From an uncultured Candidatus Rokubacteria bacterium (GTDB taxonomy: Bacteria > Methylomirabilota > Methylomirabilia > Rokubacteriales > DASRDR01): a DNA stretch of 64,000 bases. How positions within the stretch are numbered: the stretch's first letter is position 1; the number at the start of each line of letters is the position of its first letter. The position numbers and the translations under genes are program-made. A model generated the notes under the pieces. That model did not search any database. It saw only the letters and a list, made by a program, of their open reading frames with translations, and had not been told where the DNA came from. The stretch spans positions 403,296 to 467,295 of the forward strand of contig CAVPSB010000016.1 in NCBI GenBank assembly GCA_963708025.1, written 5' to 3'. Of the stretch, positions 39,999 through 50,106 are shown one piece after another.

Positions 39999-41804
39999 TC
40001 ACGACTCGTCCAAGACCGACTCGTCCAGCGTCACCCGCAGGACTTCCTGGGGGGTCGTGATGCCCTCGATCACCTTGAGCAGGCCGGCCTCGCGGAGGGT
40101 CATCATCCCCCGCCGGCGGGCAGTCGCCCGGATCTCGCTCGTGGAAGCGCCACGGGCGATGAGTTCGGCGATGTCAGCGGACGTCTCCATCACTTCGTAG
40201 ATGGCGATCCGGCCTCGCATCCCGGTGTGCCGGCACGCCGAGCACCCTCGCCCCCGATAGAAGGTGCACGGGCCAGGCCCGGCGACCCGGTGCCCGAGGG
40301 GCACGAGGCTCGCCTCGTCCCCCTCGTAGGGCTCGCGGCACTGGACGCAGATCCGGCGCACGAGTCGCTGGGCGACGGTCAGCCGAAGGCACGATGCCAG
40401 GAGAGTCAACGGGACGCCCATGTCGAGCAACCGGGGAATGGCCGAGGGACAATCGATCGTGTGCAGAGTGGTGAGAACCAGGTGGCCGGTGAGCGCCGCC
40501 CGGATGCCGATCTGGGCCGTCTCGGCGTCCCGCATCTCCCCGACCAGCAGCACGTCCGGGTCATGGCGGAGGAAGGTGCGCAGGATGACGGCAAAGCTCC
40601 GCCCGATGTCTTCGTGCACGGCCACCTGCGTCACGCCGTCGAGGTGGTACTCGACCGGATCCTCGACAGTCATGATCTTCACTTCTCGGGGACGTAGCCG
40701 GTCGATCGCCGCGTACAGGGTGGTGGTCTTCCCGGATCCGGTCGGCCCGGTCATCAGGATCATTCCGTGCTGGGCGTCGATCGCCCGGGTGAACCTGTCG
40801 AGGTTCGAGGCCCGAAGTCCGAGATCGACCAAGCTGAGCCGCACGGCCTGCCGGTCGAGCAGTCGCATGCACAGGCTTTCTCCGGACACCGTCGGCATGC
40901 TGGAGACCCGGACGTCGATCTCTCGGCCCTCGTAGCGCAGCCGCAGCCGCCCATCCTGCGGCAGGCGGCGTTCCGCGATGTCGAGATTGGCCATGATCTT
41001 GATCCGGGAGACGATTCCCGCCTCCACCCGCTTGGGCAACGCCTTGATCCGCTGCAGGAGGCCATCCAGTCGGTATCGCACATGGAGTCCGGCCTCGAAG
41101 GGCTCCAGGTGAATGTCGGAGGCGGACTGGGCGATCGCATCCGCAAAAATCGTGTTCACGAGCCGGATCACCGGCGCCTGGTCCGCCCAGGCCTTCAGGT
41201 CCGACAGGTCGGCGGCGCTCCCGGGGGCCGCCCGGTCAACGATCTCGACCTCGCGGGCATCGACGTCCGTGTCCAGAAGAGCATCGGCCCGAGGGGTGTC
41301 CTCGGGCTGCTTCCCGATCGCTCGGCGAATCGCCGAGGAGGCGGCGATCGCCGGGATGACGCGCAGACTGGTCGCGAACGTGACATCATCCATGGCCTGA
41401 AGATTCGTCGGATCCGCCATGGCGACCGTCAGTGATCCGTTGATACGGCGGACAGGCACGAGATCGTATTTTTGAGCGATCCGCAACGGGATGAGTCTCA
41501 AGACGTCCGGGTCGATGATGTCCTCGAGAACTGTCACGACGGGGATCGCCAGCAGAGCGGACAGGTGGTCGACCAGCTCCGGTTCGGTGATCAGCCCGAG
41601 ACGCACCAGCACGAAGCCGAGCTTCTCGCCGGTCTCCTCCTGTTTACTCAACGCCCGGGCGAGCTCGTCCGGCGTGATGGCCCCACGCTCGAGCAGGAAT
41701 TGACCGAGCCGCCGTCGAGGTCGGGCCCGGGCCAGTCCCCCCGGGACCGGGTCAACGATCTGGCCGGTGGACTCGCCCGAAGACTCCCGTCGGGAATGTC
41801 TCAT
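39999..41804 (-). CDS. GspE/PilB-family assembly ATPase with N-terminal MshEN
   Basis: RLGQFLLERGAIT, SDIHLEP, AERRLPQDG, GPTGSGKTT, TVEDPVEY, GEMRD, GHLVLTTLH, CVQC...CSAC. Confidence 0.93.
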   Translation of the reverse strand: MRHSRRESSGESTGQIVDPVPGGLARARPRRRLGQFLLERGAITPDELARALSKQEETGEKLGFVLVRLGLITEPELVDHLSALLAIPVVTVLEDIIDPDVLRLIPLRIAQKYDLVPVRRINGSLTVAMADPTNLQAMDDVTFATSLRVIPAIAASSAIRRAIGKQPEDTPRADALLDTDVDAREVEIVDRAAPGSAADLSDLKAWADQAPVIRLVNTIFADAIAQSASDIHLEPFEAGLHVRYRLDGLLQRIKALPKRVEAGIVSRIKIMANLDIAERRLPQDGRLRLRYEGREIDVRVSSMPTVSGESLCMRLLDRQAVRLSLVDLGLRASNLDRFTRAIDAQHGMILMTGPTGSGKTTTLYAAIDRLRPREVKIMTVEDPVEYHLDGVTQVAVHEDIGRSFAVILRTFLRHDPDVLLVGEMRDAETAQIGIRAALTGHLVLTTLHTIDCPSAIPRLLDMGVPLTLLASCLRLTVAQRLVRRICVQCREPYEGDEASLVPLGHRVAGPGPCTFYRGRGCSACRHTGMRGRIAIYEVMETSADIAELIARGASTSEIRATARRRGMMTLREAGLLKVIEGITTPQEVLRVTLDESVLDES

Positions 41805-42337
41805 GCCGACGGGCCACGCTGCAGCCGGGGTCCCGGCCGCATCAGTGGTTGCTGCAACCAGGCGAGCGCCCGCCGGGGAAGCGAAGGTCGCCGTCGGGCC
41901 GTCCCAGCCGGCAGCGCAGTCGGGTGGCCAATCGGCAGGTCCCGAATTCGGTGGATGGCCGTTGCGACGGCATAGACACGGAGATTGTTCGAGGCCGGAT
42001 CGGCCGGCACCAGGAAAACACCCGGCCCGCCCCCGATGTCGCATCGGGTCGAGCCGACCAGGACTTCGCCATCCTTGAAGGTGATCTCGACTCGCCGGCC
42101 GGGCAGAGCTGCGGTATCCGAGAACCGCTTCCGTTCGTCGTATCGGGCGTTCCCGGCGAGATCGCGAACGAGAAACACCGCCTTCAGCTCGGCGACGAGG
42201 ACTGGGGTGGGATCAGATGACGCGTCGAGCGTCGGGAACACGTGAAAGCGACCCCGGCTCTCGAAGTCGTAGGTGTAGCCCTTGACCAGTCTTCCATCCG
42301 CGTAGCGGACGACAACCTTTGCTGCCGGACCGATCAT
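41801..42337 (-). CDS. DUF6982-like protein, ATGA-coupled to the ATPase
   Basis: KVVVRYADGRLVKGYT.DF...LKAVFLVRD...VEITFKDGEVLVG...PADPASNN.RVY. Family name is from recall. Confidence 0.75.
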   Translation of the reverse strand: MIGPAAKVVVRYADGRLVKGYTYDFESRGRFHVFPTLDASSDPTPVLVAELKAVFLVRDLAGNARYDERKRFSDTAALPGRRVEITFKDGEVLVGSTRCDIGGGPGVFLVPADPASNNLRVYAVATAIHRIRDLPIGHPTALPAGTARRRPSLPRRALAWLQQPLMRPGPRLQRGPSA

Positions 42338-42442
42338 CGTGACACTCCCCACCCGACCCGCGAGCGCCATGTCCCGCGGGCCAACGGTTGCGACATGTAC
42401 CGCTTCAATCTGGAAGGCCCCTCGTGCAGCCTGGCGGTCAGA

Positions 42443-42458
42443 TGCCACCTTCGTGCCA
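42443..42458 (-). promoter_or_regulatory. Sigma54 (-24/-12) promoter
   Basis: Minus strand TGGCACGAAGGTGGCA, about 105 bp upstream of the DUF6982-like start. Confidence 0.7.
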
Positions 42459-42946
42459 ATCAGTCACCGGTCCGTCAGGACTGCCCGCATGCGCAACCTT
42501 GACGTGTGCGCTTTACATGCGCCCACGACAGCCATCGTGGTCGCGTCGGGGATTCCGAGCGAGCTGAAGTGGTCAGATATTCACCGCTTCGGACAGATCG
42601 GGACCAGCGGCCCCGGGCAGAGCGACACGTCACCGCTCTCGGATCCGGGACCTCAGTTCGGGACCTCCCGCCCACCAGGGGAAGCCGGAAGACCCATTCC
42701 TTCGACACACTCTCAGAGGAAGAACAGTTGCCGTGAGCTGCGCCGAGCTAATGGCCCAATCGGAGGGCCTCAGGCGACCCGAGGGTTTTCCAGGAATCGC
42801 TCCATTCGGAAAACCGGAACGCCGTTTCCGAATCTTTGTGATCCTCGTTGCATAGACCAGCGAAGCGCGCTCGGTGGGCGCCTGTCTGCCGGAGGCCTTC
42901 GAGCTCCCTCCCTGGAGACGAGCGCCGGAATCTCGGATCCGGGCGG

Positions 42947-44677
42947 TCAGCGAGGCGGCGTCGAGCGGAGGCGGGCGGTCTCCTCTCCGAAGATCGTCCA
43001 AGTGGCGGGGTCGATGGCGACGCCGTACTCGCGGCGAGCGTAGTCGACGCTGATCTTCTCCTCGCGGACGTCGCGCAGGACGCGCTCGGGGTCGCGGGTG
43101 AAGGGATCGCCCCAGCCGCCGGCGCCGGCCAGGACGTGGCGGAAGACGTCCCCCCGCCGGAGCGTCAGCGTGCACTTGGCCGGCAGCTCGCGGCGCTCGC
43201 CGTCCGGGTCGAGGAGGTTCTGCGAGGGCGTGCCGTCGCGGCCGCCCTGGAGCCCGTAAGGCAGGAAGCGCCGGCGGTCGGTCCGGAGCTGGAGCGTGCC
43301 CTCCGCGTTCTCGAAGCGGTACTCCCGCGCAAGCGCCAGGCCGCCCCGGAACCGCCCCGGCCCCCCGGAGTCGGGGAGGTAGCCGTAGCGCCGGATCACG
43401 ATCGGGTACTCGGACTCGATCACCTCGATCGGGTTGTTCGAGAAGTTGACGACGGAGCTCGAGCAGGCATCCACCCCGTCCTTCGCTGGCCGCCCGCCCC
43501 AGGAGCCGAACAGGAACTCCAGGAAGACGAAGGGCCGGCGCTCCGCGTCGTAGCCGCCGATCGACACCCCGGTGTCGCCGCCGACCTCGCAGGCAAAGAC
43601 CCGGTCGGGCGCGACCTGGGCCAGGGCGCCGAAGACCGCGTTGGCGATCCGGAAGCCGGTGAGGCCGCGGGCCGCGACCGACGCCGGCATCACGGGATTG
43701 ACGACGGTCCCGGGCGGGGCCACCACCTCGATGGGACGGAAGTACCCCTCGTTGTTCGGCGGCTCGCCGCCGACCAGGTGGCGGACGCAGGCATAGACGG
43801 CGGACTTGGTGAAGGGCAGCGGCGAGTTGATGGCGCCCTTGACCTGGGCCGCCGAGCCGGTGAAGTCGGCGATCAGCCGGTCGCCGGTCACGGTGACCGC
43901 GACCGTGATGGGGATCGGGTCGGGGTCGATCCCGTCCTCGTCGATGTGGTCGGTGAACCGGTAGACCCCGTCGGGCATCGCGCGGATGGCGTGGCGGGCC
44001 AGCCGCTCGGCCTGGTCGAGGAGGGCGGCCGTGCAGGTGGCGAGGAGCCCGCCGCCGTACCGGGCGAGCAATCCCAGGTAGCCCCGCTCGCCGGTGAGGC
44101 AGGCCGCCACCTGGGACCGCACGTCGCCCAGGACCTGGCGCGGCACCCGGACGTTCCGGTCGATCAGCTCGAACAGCGCCTCCACCGGCGCCCCGGCCGC
44201 GTACAGCTTGAGCGGCGGGATGCGCAGCCCCTCCTGGAAGATCTCGGTGGCGTCGCAGCCGTTGCCGCCGGGGGTCTTGCCGCCCACGTCGAGCTGGTGG
44301 CCGATGCTCGCCGACCAGCCGGCGAGGGCGCCGTCCGCGAAGATCGGCTTGACGATGTAGAAGTCGGGCAGGTGCGTGCCGCCCTCGTAGGGGTCGTTGA
44401 GGATGAAGACGTCGCCGGCCCCGATCCGCCCCGCGAACTTCCGGCGGATGGCGGCCATGGCGTCGGGGATCGAGCCGAGGTGGAGCGGGAGGGTCAGCCC
44501 CTGGGCGATGAGCCGGCCCTCGGCGTCGCACAGGGCGCAGGACATGTCCATCGCGTTCTTCAGGTTGTTCGAGTAGGCCGTTCGCACCAGCGAGATCGCC
44601 ATCTCGTCCACGATGGCGTCCAGCGCGTTCTTGACCAGCTCGAGGAGGATCGGATCGGTCGCGGTCCGCGGGCTCAT
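42947..44677 (-). CDS. Hydantoinase B/oxoprolinase family subunit
   Basis: DPILLEL, EM..SL.RTAYS, HLGS, NDPYEGGTHLPD, GHQLDVGG, EIFQEG, DSGGPG.FRGG, GAGGWGDP. Confidence 0.93.
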   Translation of the reverse strand: MSPRTATDPILLELVKNALDAIVDEMAISLVRTAYSNNLKNAMDMSCALCDAEGRLIAQGLTLPLHLGSIPDAMAAIRRKFAGRIGAGDVFILNDPYEGGTHLPDFYIVKPIFADGALAGWSASIGHQLDVGGKTPGGNGCDATEIFQEGLRIPPLKLYAAGAPVEALFELIDRNVRVPRQVLGDVRSQVAACLTGERGYLGLLARYGGGLLATCTAALLDQAERLARHAIRAMPDGVYRFTDHIDEDGIDPDPIPITVAVTVTGDRLIADFTGSAAQVKGAINSPLPFTKSAVYACVRHLVGGEPPNNEGYFRPIEVVAPPGTVVNPVMPASVAARGLTGFRIANAVFGALAQVAPDRVFACEVGGDTGVSIGGYDAERRPFVFLEFLFGSWGGRPAKDGVDACSSSVVNFSNNPIEVIESEYPIVIRRYGYLPDSGGPGRFRGGLALAREYRFENAEGTLQLRTDRRRFLPYGLQGGRDGTPSQNLLDPDGERRELPAKCTLTLRRGDVFRHVLAGAGGWGDPFTRDPERVLRDVREEKISVDYARREYGVAIDPATWTIFGEETARLRSTPPR

Positions 44678-46757
44678 GCCGGTGCTCCCGTGGTGATGAC
44701 GATGTTCCCGTGGGCGTCCAGCCGCGCCGCGCACCCCGGCGGCACCAGGGTCGTCGCATCGTACTCGTCGAACGAGGAGCGGGCCCGGCCGCGGCGCCGT
44801 CCCCAGATCCGTCCGGCCCAGGACCGGCGTCGCGACCAGGCCGTGGTCGCGGCCGAACCAGGCGGCCCGGGTCTCCCGAGATGCCACGCGCTCGCTACCG
44901 AGCCGCAGCGGCGGGCCGGCGGCCGGCCGGCGGATCCGCGCGGTGAGGCGGAGGTTGACGAGCTGGATCGGATCGCCCTCGGCCGCGTGGCCGTACGTCC
45001 GGGCGTGCTCGCGGGCGAAGGCGGTCGCCAGCTCGCCGATCGAGCTCGCGTCCCCCCAGTCTCCGGGCAGCGGCACCGTCAGCTCGAACGATTGGCCCTG
45101 GTACTTCAGGTCCACGAACCGTTCGAGCTCGACCCGGCCCTCGGCCTCGTGACGGAGGAGGCCCTCGGCCTCCCGCTCGAGCGCCGCGAACGCGGCGGTG
45201 ATGTCCGGCACGGCGGCCGGCGCCAGCGGCCGGAGGAAGGTCCGCACCAGGTGATGCTCCACGTCGGCCTCCAGGAGCCCGAGCGCGCTGAAGACCCCCG
45301 GCGCCGGCGGGACGAGGACGGTGCCGATCTCGAGCGTCCGCGCCATCTCCATGGCGAAGAGCGGGCCGTTTCCCCCGAAGGCCACCAGCGTGAAGTCGCG
45401 GGGGTCGCGCCCCCGCTCGATGGTCACGGCCCGCACCGCCCGCGCCATGCGCGCGCAGCCCACCAGGTAGACGCCGTGGGCCGCCTCCAGGAGCGGGAGC
45501 CCGAGCGGCCCCGCCACCTGGTCGGCCACCGCCCGCCGCGCCTTCTCGGCGTCGAGCCGGATCCCGCTCGGCAGGCGCTCGGGATGGAGATAGCCCAGCG
45601 CCACGTTGGCGTCGGTCAGCGTGACCTCGGTCCCACCCTGGTCGTAGCAGACCGGGCCCGGGATGGCCCCGGCGCTGCGCGGGCCGACGAGGAGCTGACC
45701 GGCGCCGTCCACCGTCACGATGCTGCCGCCGCCGGCCCCGACCTCGGCGATGTCGATGGCCGGCACCCGCAGAAGGTAGCCGGTGCCGCGGTTGAGCCGG
45801 CTCCCCTGCGAGATGAGGCCGCCGATCTCGAACTCGCCGGTCCGCTGGATCGCGTACCCCTCGATGACCGAGGCCTTGGCGGTGGTCCCGCCCATGTCGA
45901 TGCTGATGGCGTTGGCGGCGCCGAGGCGCCGGGCCAGCATCGCCGTCGCGATGACGCCGGCGGCCGGGCCGGACTCGATCACGTGGACCGGCCGGCGGCG
46001 GCCGCTCTCCACGGTCATGACCCCGCCGCTGGACTGCATGACGAGGATCGAGGCGCGAAGGCCGAGCGCCGCCAGCTCGCCCTCCAGGTGACCCAGGTAG
46101 CGGCTCATCACCGGCATCACGTAGGCGTTGGTCACCGCGGTGCTGGTCCGCTCGAACTCGCGCATCTCGGGCAGGATCTCGGAGGAGAGCGTGAGGGCCA
46201 GCCCCGGGGCCCGCTCGCGCACGATGGCGCCGACGGCCCGCTCGTGAGCGTCGTTGGCATAGGCGTGGAGGAGGCAGACCGCCACCGACTCCACGCCCTC
46301 GGCGACCAGGGCGTCCACGGCGGCGCCGACGCTCGCCGGATCGAGGGGGGTCAGCACCTCGCCCCGATGGCTCATGCGCTCGGTGACCTCGCGCCGCCAG
46401 CGCCGGGGTACCAGAGGGGCCGGGCGCTCGAAGTCGAGGTCGTAGAGGCGGGCCAGCCGGAGCCGGCCGATCTCGAGGAGGTCGCGGAAGCCCTCGGTGG
46501 TGAGGAGACCCGTCCGGGCGCCGCGGCGCTCGAGGATGGCGTTGGTGGCGACCGTCGTCCCGTGGATCAGCTCGGCGATCCGGTCCGGCGCGATCCCGGC
46601 CGCGCTCGACCAGCTCGCGCACGCCCTGGACGATGGCCTCGGCGTAGTTGCCGCTGGAGGACAGGACCTTGCGCGTCAGGGCGGCGCCGTCGGGCGCCGC
46701 CAGGACGAGATCGGTGAACGTGCCTCCCACGTCGACGCCGAGCCGGTAGGGTCGCAT
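44674..46757 (-). CDS. Hydantoinase A/oxoprolinase family subunit; frameshifts near 46600 and 44770
   Basis: GVDVGGTFTD, HGTTVATNA, REFER, ESGPAAG, DMGGTT, GAGGGS, SAGA.PGP.CY, FGGNG. Confidence 0.93.
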
Positions 46758-46985
46758 GTCGCTGCCGGCGATTATAGATCGTTCCTCAGGGTGAGTCGCG
46801 GGGGGCCCTAACCGACCGAATCGTTCCCAATCACGCAGTTCCGCGGCGGCACCGGCCGCCCCGGAGGCCCGTTCTCCTTATCGATCCCCTTCGGACTCGC
46901 CAAGGAGTCGGCAAGTGGGTGAGCCTTGAATCCGGGGGCGCTCATGCGTCATCATGCATGACGACCTCCGAGCGCTCCCACCTAC

Positions 46986-48444
46986 CTAGCGGCGGTGGCG
47001 AAAGACGTCGGCCTGATACCATGCCGTCAGGATGGCGAAGGCCCACGTAATATCGATCGGTCCAGCGGCAGTCTTCGTCATGAAGGCACTGACAATAATG
47101 GGCTCTTCCGATGGCGTCTGAGCCTGAACGAGCCCCTCCTCAGGCTGTCCCTCAATTCTGATTCTGGGAATGAAGGTGCCGATTTCGGTGCCGACTTTGA
47201 TCGGTGCTCCATACCGCCTTAGCAGTTCCCCGAATGCCTTCAAGGGGCTAAGTCCTTTCCCTCCGCGAAAATCACCGTCGTCATATAGCCGGAAGGCCAG
47301 ATAGATTTCAGTAACCGCCTCGGGTTGCCGCTCGGCGGCCAGAACGAGAAGCGTGTACGGCTTGGATGGAATGTCTACCCACCGCGTGGCAAGCAGAACA
47401 GTCACATCGTCAAACGGGTGCCTCTCCAACGTATCGGCATTCGTCAGCGCCTCTTCCGCATGAACGGACCGCACATAACCAGGTAGTTCACATTCTTGAC
47501 GGAAGAGTTCTGTGACTGCGACCTTCCCGACTCTCATGGATGGCGCTTCCGGCTTGTACACTGCGCCCACCCACTCGATCGGAAGAGCAACGGCCCGGCC
47601 GAGGTCGAGGACGCGGCCAGGGAGAGCCGATGGGGCACGTCGGAGCCGTATGACCGATCACGAGCGACCGACGCCGCAACGCGTACAGTGAACTGTCCGG
47701 ACGCGAATCAAACACCATGTAGTCGTCCCACGCAACGATCACGTCCGCGACGCTCCGTGAGGAACCGCTGCCGAGCTCTCGGTACACTTCGTTGACGTAC
47801 GGTTGGATGCGAGGCGGAATCTGGTCGTCAAAGACAACGCGCTGCTCCGGCCGCTCGATTTGCAGGTAAACGGAACCTACTCCCTCGTTGGCTCGCTTTA
47901 TCTGTTTATTCGCCGTCGAGATGACACTCCGAACACGCTCCGGATTGGTCCCCAGTCTTATCCGCTTGGCTTCGATCCACTGCGATCCGCTCGGCTCGCC
48001 GACGGAAACGCGCAGATCTGGTAACCCCTCCCGTTCAACAACGTCAACGGACAGCCCCCTGGATCGCAGCAATGACCAGCACTGGAGTCCAACCATCTGA
48101 TCCCAGAACTGGGTCGAGTCATTGACTCGTTTTCGCACCTGTTGAAGAACCTAGGCGCAAGGAGGGCGATTACTTCGTCTGGTGTCTCGGGAAAAGAAAG
48201 GACGTCGAGCATGCCGCTTCCTAGGCCCAGCACGAGGTCTGTCTCATTGGGATATTTCAGCGTGATTTGCCCTTCGACAAACCGGGCGAATAGATCGTAA
48301 CGCGATACCGCTGGGTGCCCCGGGAAAGCGCTTCCGAAGCTTGCTTAGGCTCGGATCATCAAAAAGCAGCTCGAGCGTCCTCATCTCCTTTCGGATAAAG
48401 GGCGCAATGGGACCTTGTGCGTCTGGAGGTGGTAACGGCGCCAT
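46986..48444 (-). CDS. Low-GC hypothetical protein with PD-(D/E)XK nuclease-like motif; probably one gene split by frameshifts, possibly two genes
   Basis: Consecutive ORFs 48244-48471, 47958-48233, 47488-48138, 46986-47570; GLPDLRV...WIEAKRI...ANKQI; extended -10 TGCTAGAGT upstream. Confidence 0.55.
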
Positions 48445-48494
48445 GGGTGAAGACTTAACTCTAGCACCCACACGCGTCCGATTGCTGATCGGAT

Positions 48495-48529
48495 GGGTGG
48501 ACGTGGGGGAGGGCGGGTTGCCCGCCTTC
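48495..48529 (-). repeat. Left arm of perfect 35-bp inverted repeat
   Basis: GGGTGGACGTGGGGGAGGGCGGGTTGCCCGCCTTC is the exact reverse complement of 49563-49597. Confidence 0.95.
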
Positions 48530-48610
48530 GGTCTTGCGTGTTAACTGGCGATTGACAATCACCTCGCCCCGACACTTCCCAAAGAAGTGGTCTCCTGCCA
48601 GGTCACCGTC

Positions 48611-49269
48611 TCACTGGAGAATGTTGATGGCGCGTGACGCGACGAGGAGGATCGTCACGAGCGAGATCAGGCTCTGGAGCATCATCAGCATCTTGGCGCG
48701 AGACGTCAGCGGCACAGCATCGGTGGGGCTGAATGCCGTCGCCGTCGAGTATCCCAGGAACAGGTAGTCGACGTATGTGGGATGCCAGCCGGGCCGCACG
48801 TCCTCGGGGACTCCCGCTTGCGGAAAGAGCCAGTCCGGCTTCCGGCTCAGGTTGTTCGCCCGAGCGTGCGGCCCGCCTCGATCGAGTTGCCAGTACAGCA
48901 ACGAGAATGAGAGCACGTTCTGCGCCCACACCCCAATGGATGACGCCAGTAGCACGAGCCCGCTGGCCTCCTTCGAGTCGTACACCATCTCCCCGATCAA
49001 ACGCGCCAGGGCCACCAGGGTCGCGGCCTGGGTGGTCGCGAAAAGAGAAACACGTTCGTCCTCTCGACGCGCAGCCACGGCGCTCGGGCCGACGTCAGCG
49101 CGACGCCGGCCATTGGGACGAGAATCGCAATCGTGACGACGTAGTGAAACCAAACCGGGAGCACCGAGAGGCGGGGGTGCAGCGATTGGAGCAAGAAGAG
49201 CACCCCGCATATCGCGAGTGCAGCGGGCCAGCGCGGCTCGATGCGCGTCGCCTGGGTCGGTTCGTTCAT
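48611..49269 (-). CDS. DUF1345-like membrane protein; frameshift near 49045
   Basis: EPRWPA...FSLLYWQLDRGGP...DWLFPQ...W.P.YVDYLFLG..TATAFSPTD.VPLT.RAK..M. Confidence 0.8.
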
Positions 49270-49562
49270 GGCCTCGGGATCGAGGGCGATTTCGGAGTCC
49301 CTTGGGAAACCTGCGCTGAGCCGGGCGTCGCGGTCCTGAGCGCCGCGATCATCGCTGACGTGATCAGGATATGGACGTTCTTCATTAAGATTCGCCTCCT
49401 TGACCGTTCCGGTTCTACACGCAGGAAGGCTCGATCCTGACACCTCCCACCAACACTCAACCCTCCCGATGCTCCAGAGTTCGCGCCCCAAGCAGTGCCG
49501 GCGGCGTACGACCAAAGTCTAATGGACCCGAGTTCGGGATTCCATTAGGCTGGTCGGGCATG

Positions 49563-49597
49563 GAAGGCGGGCAACCCGCCCTCCCCCACGTCCACCC
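49563..49597 (+). repeat. Right arm of perfect 35-bp inverted repeat
   Basis: GAAGGCGGGCAACCCGCCCTCCCCCACGTCCACCC. Confidence 0.95.
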
Positions 49598-49920
49598 GGC
49601 CGATTCTCGATCGGATGGGCCGTGCGAATGCCGCATGGTGAGTGAGGCCCTGAACCCGCTTGCCGGGAAGTTGGCGGATTCGCGGGACCTGCGTATGGTG
49701 CGGGGCCTATGGGGCACATCGTCCAGCCACGATCGGCGCAGACGGGGCGGCCGTACTCGATCTGGCACATCCGATACTGGGACCCGAGCCAGCGCTGCCG
49801 GCCTGACGAAGCTGGCCGCCCTGCATGCGAGCGAGCCGACCGCTCCCTCGACGCCCCAGCTGGTCGAGCCAGCGGCCCGGGCGCGCTCTCGGCAAATCCG
49901 CCGGGAAATCGTCTCCCCGA

Positions 49921-49965
49921 GCCTCGGGATCAGCCCGGCGAGCGCGGCCAGGCTGATCCCGAGGC
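49921..49965. repeat. Perfect 15-bp-stem hairpin
   Basis: GCCTCGGGATCAGCC-N15-GGCTGATCCCGAGGC. Confidence 0.8.
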
Positions 49966-50106
49966 CGGCGACTATAGATCGCCCGCGCTTGACACGCGAC
50001 GAGGCTTCGTGATGGAGTTCAGGCGCGCTTCACCGGTGACGATCGCCTGGCGATCGCGATGATCCCTACCTCATCCCGCCCCTGACCAGCGCGAGGGAGC
50101 GAGCGG

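Noticed and set aside
42947-46375. Fused HyuA-HyuB (eukaryote-like oxoprolinase)
   Set aside because: An indel near 44770 creates the fusion; a normal ATGA overlap exists at 44674-44677.
48454-48546. ACTTAAC...GTTAACT as an integron attC site
   Set aside because: The right end does not fit GTTRRRY, the interior is not one long palindrome, and no integron integrase or cassette array is present.
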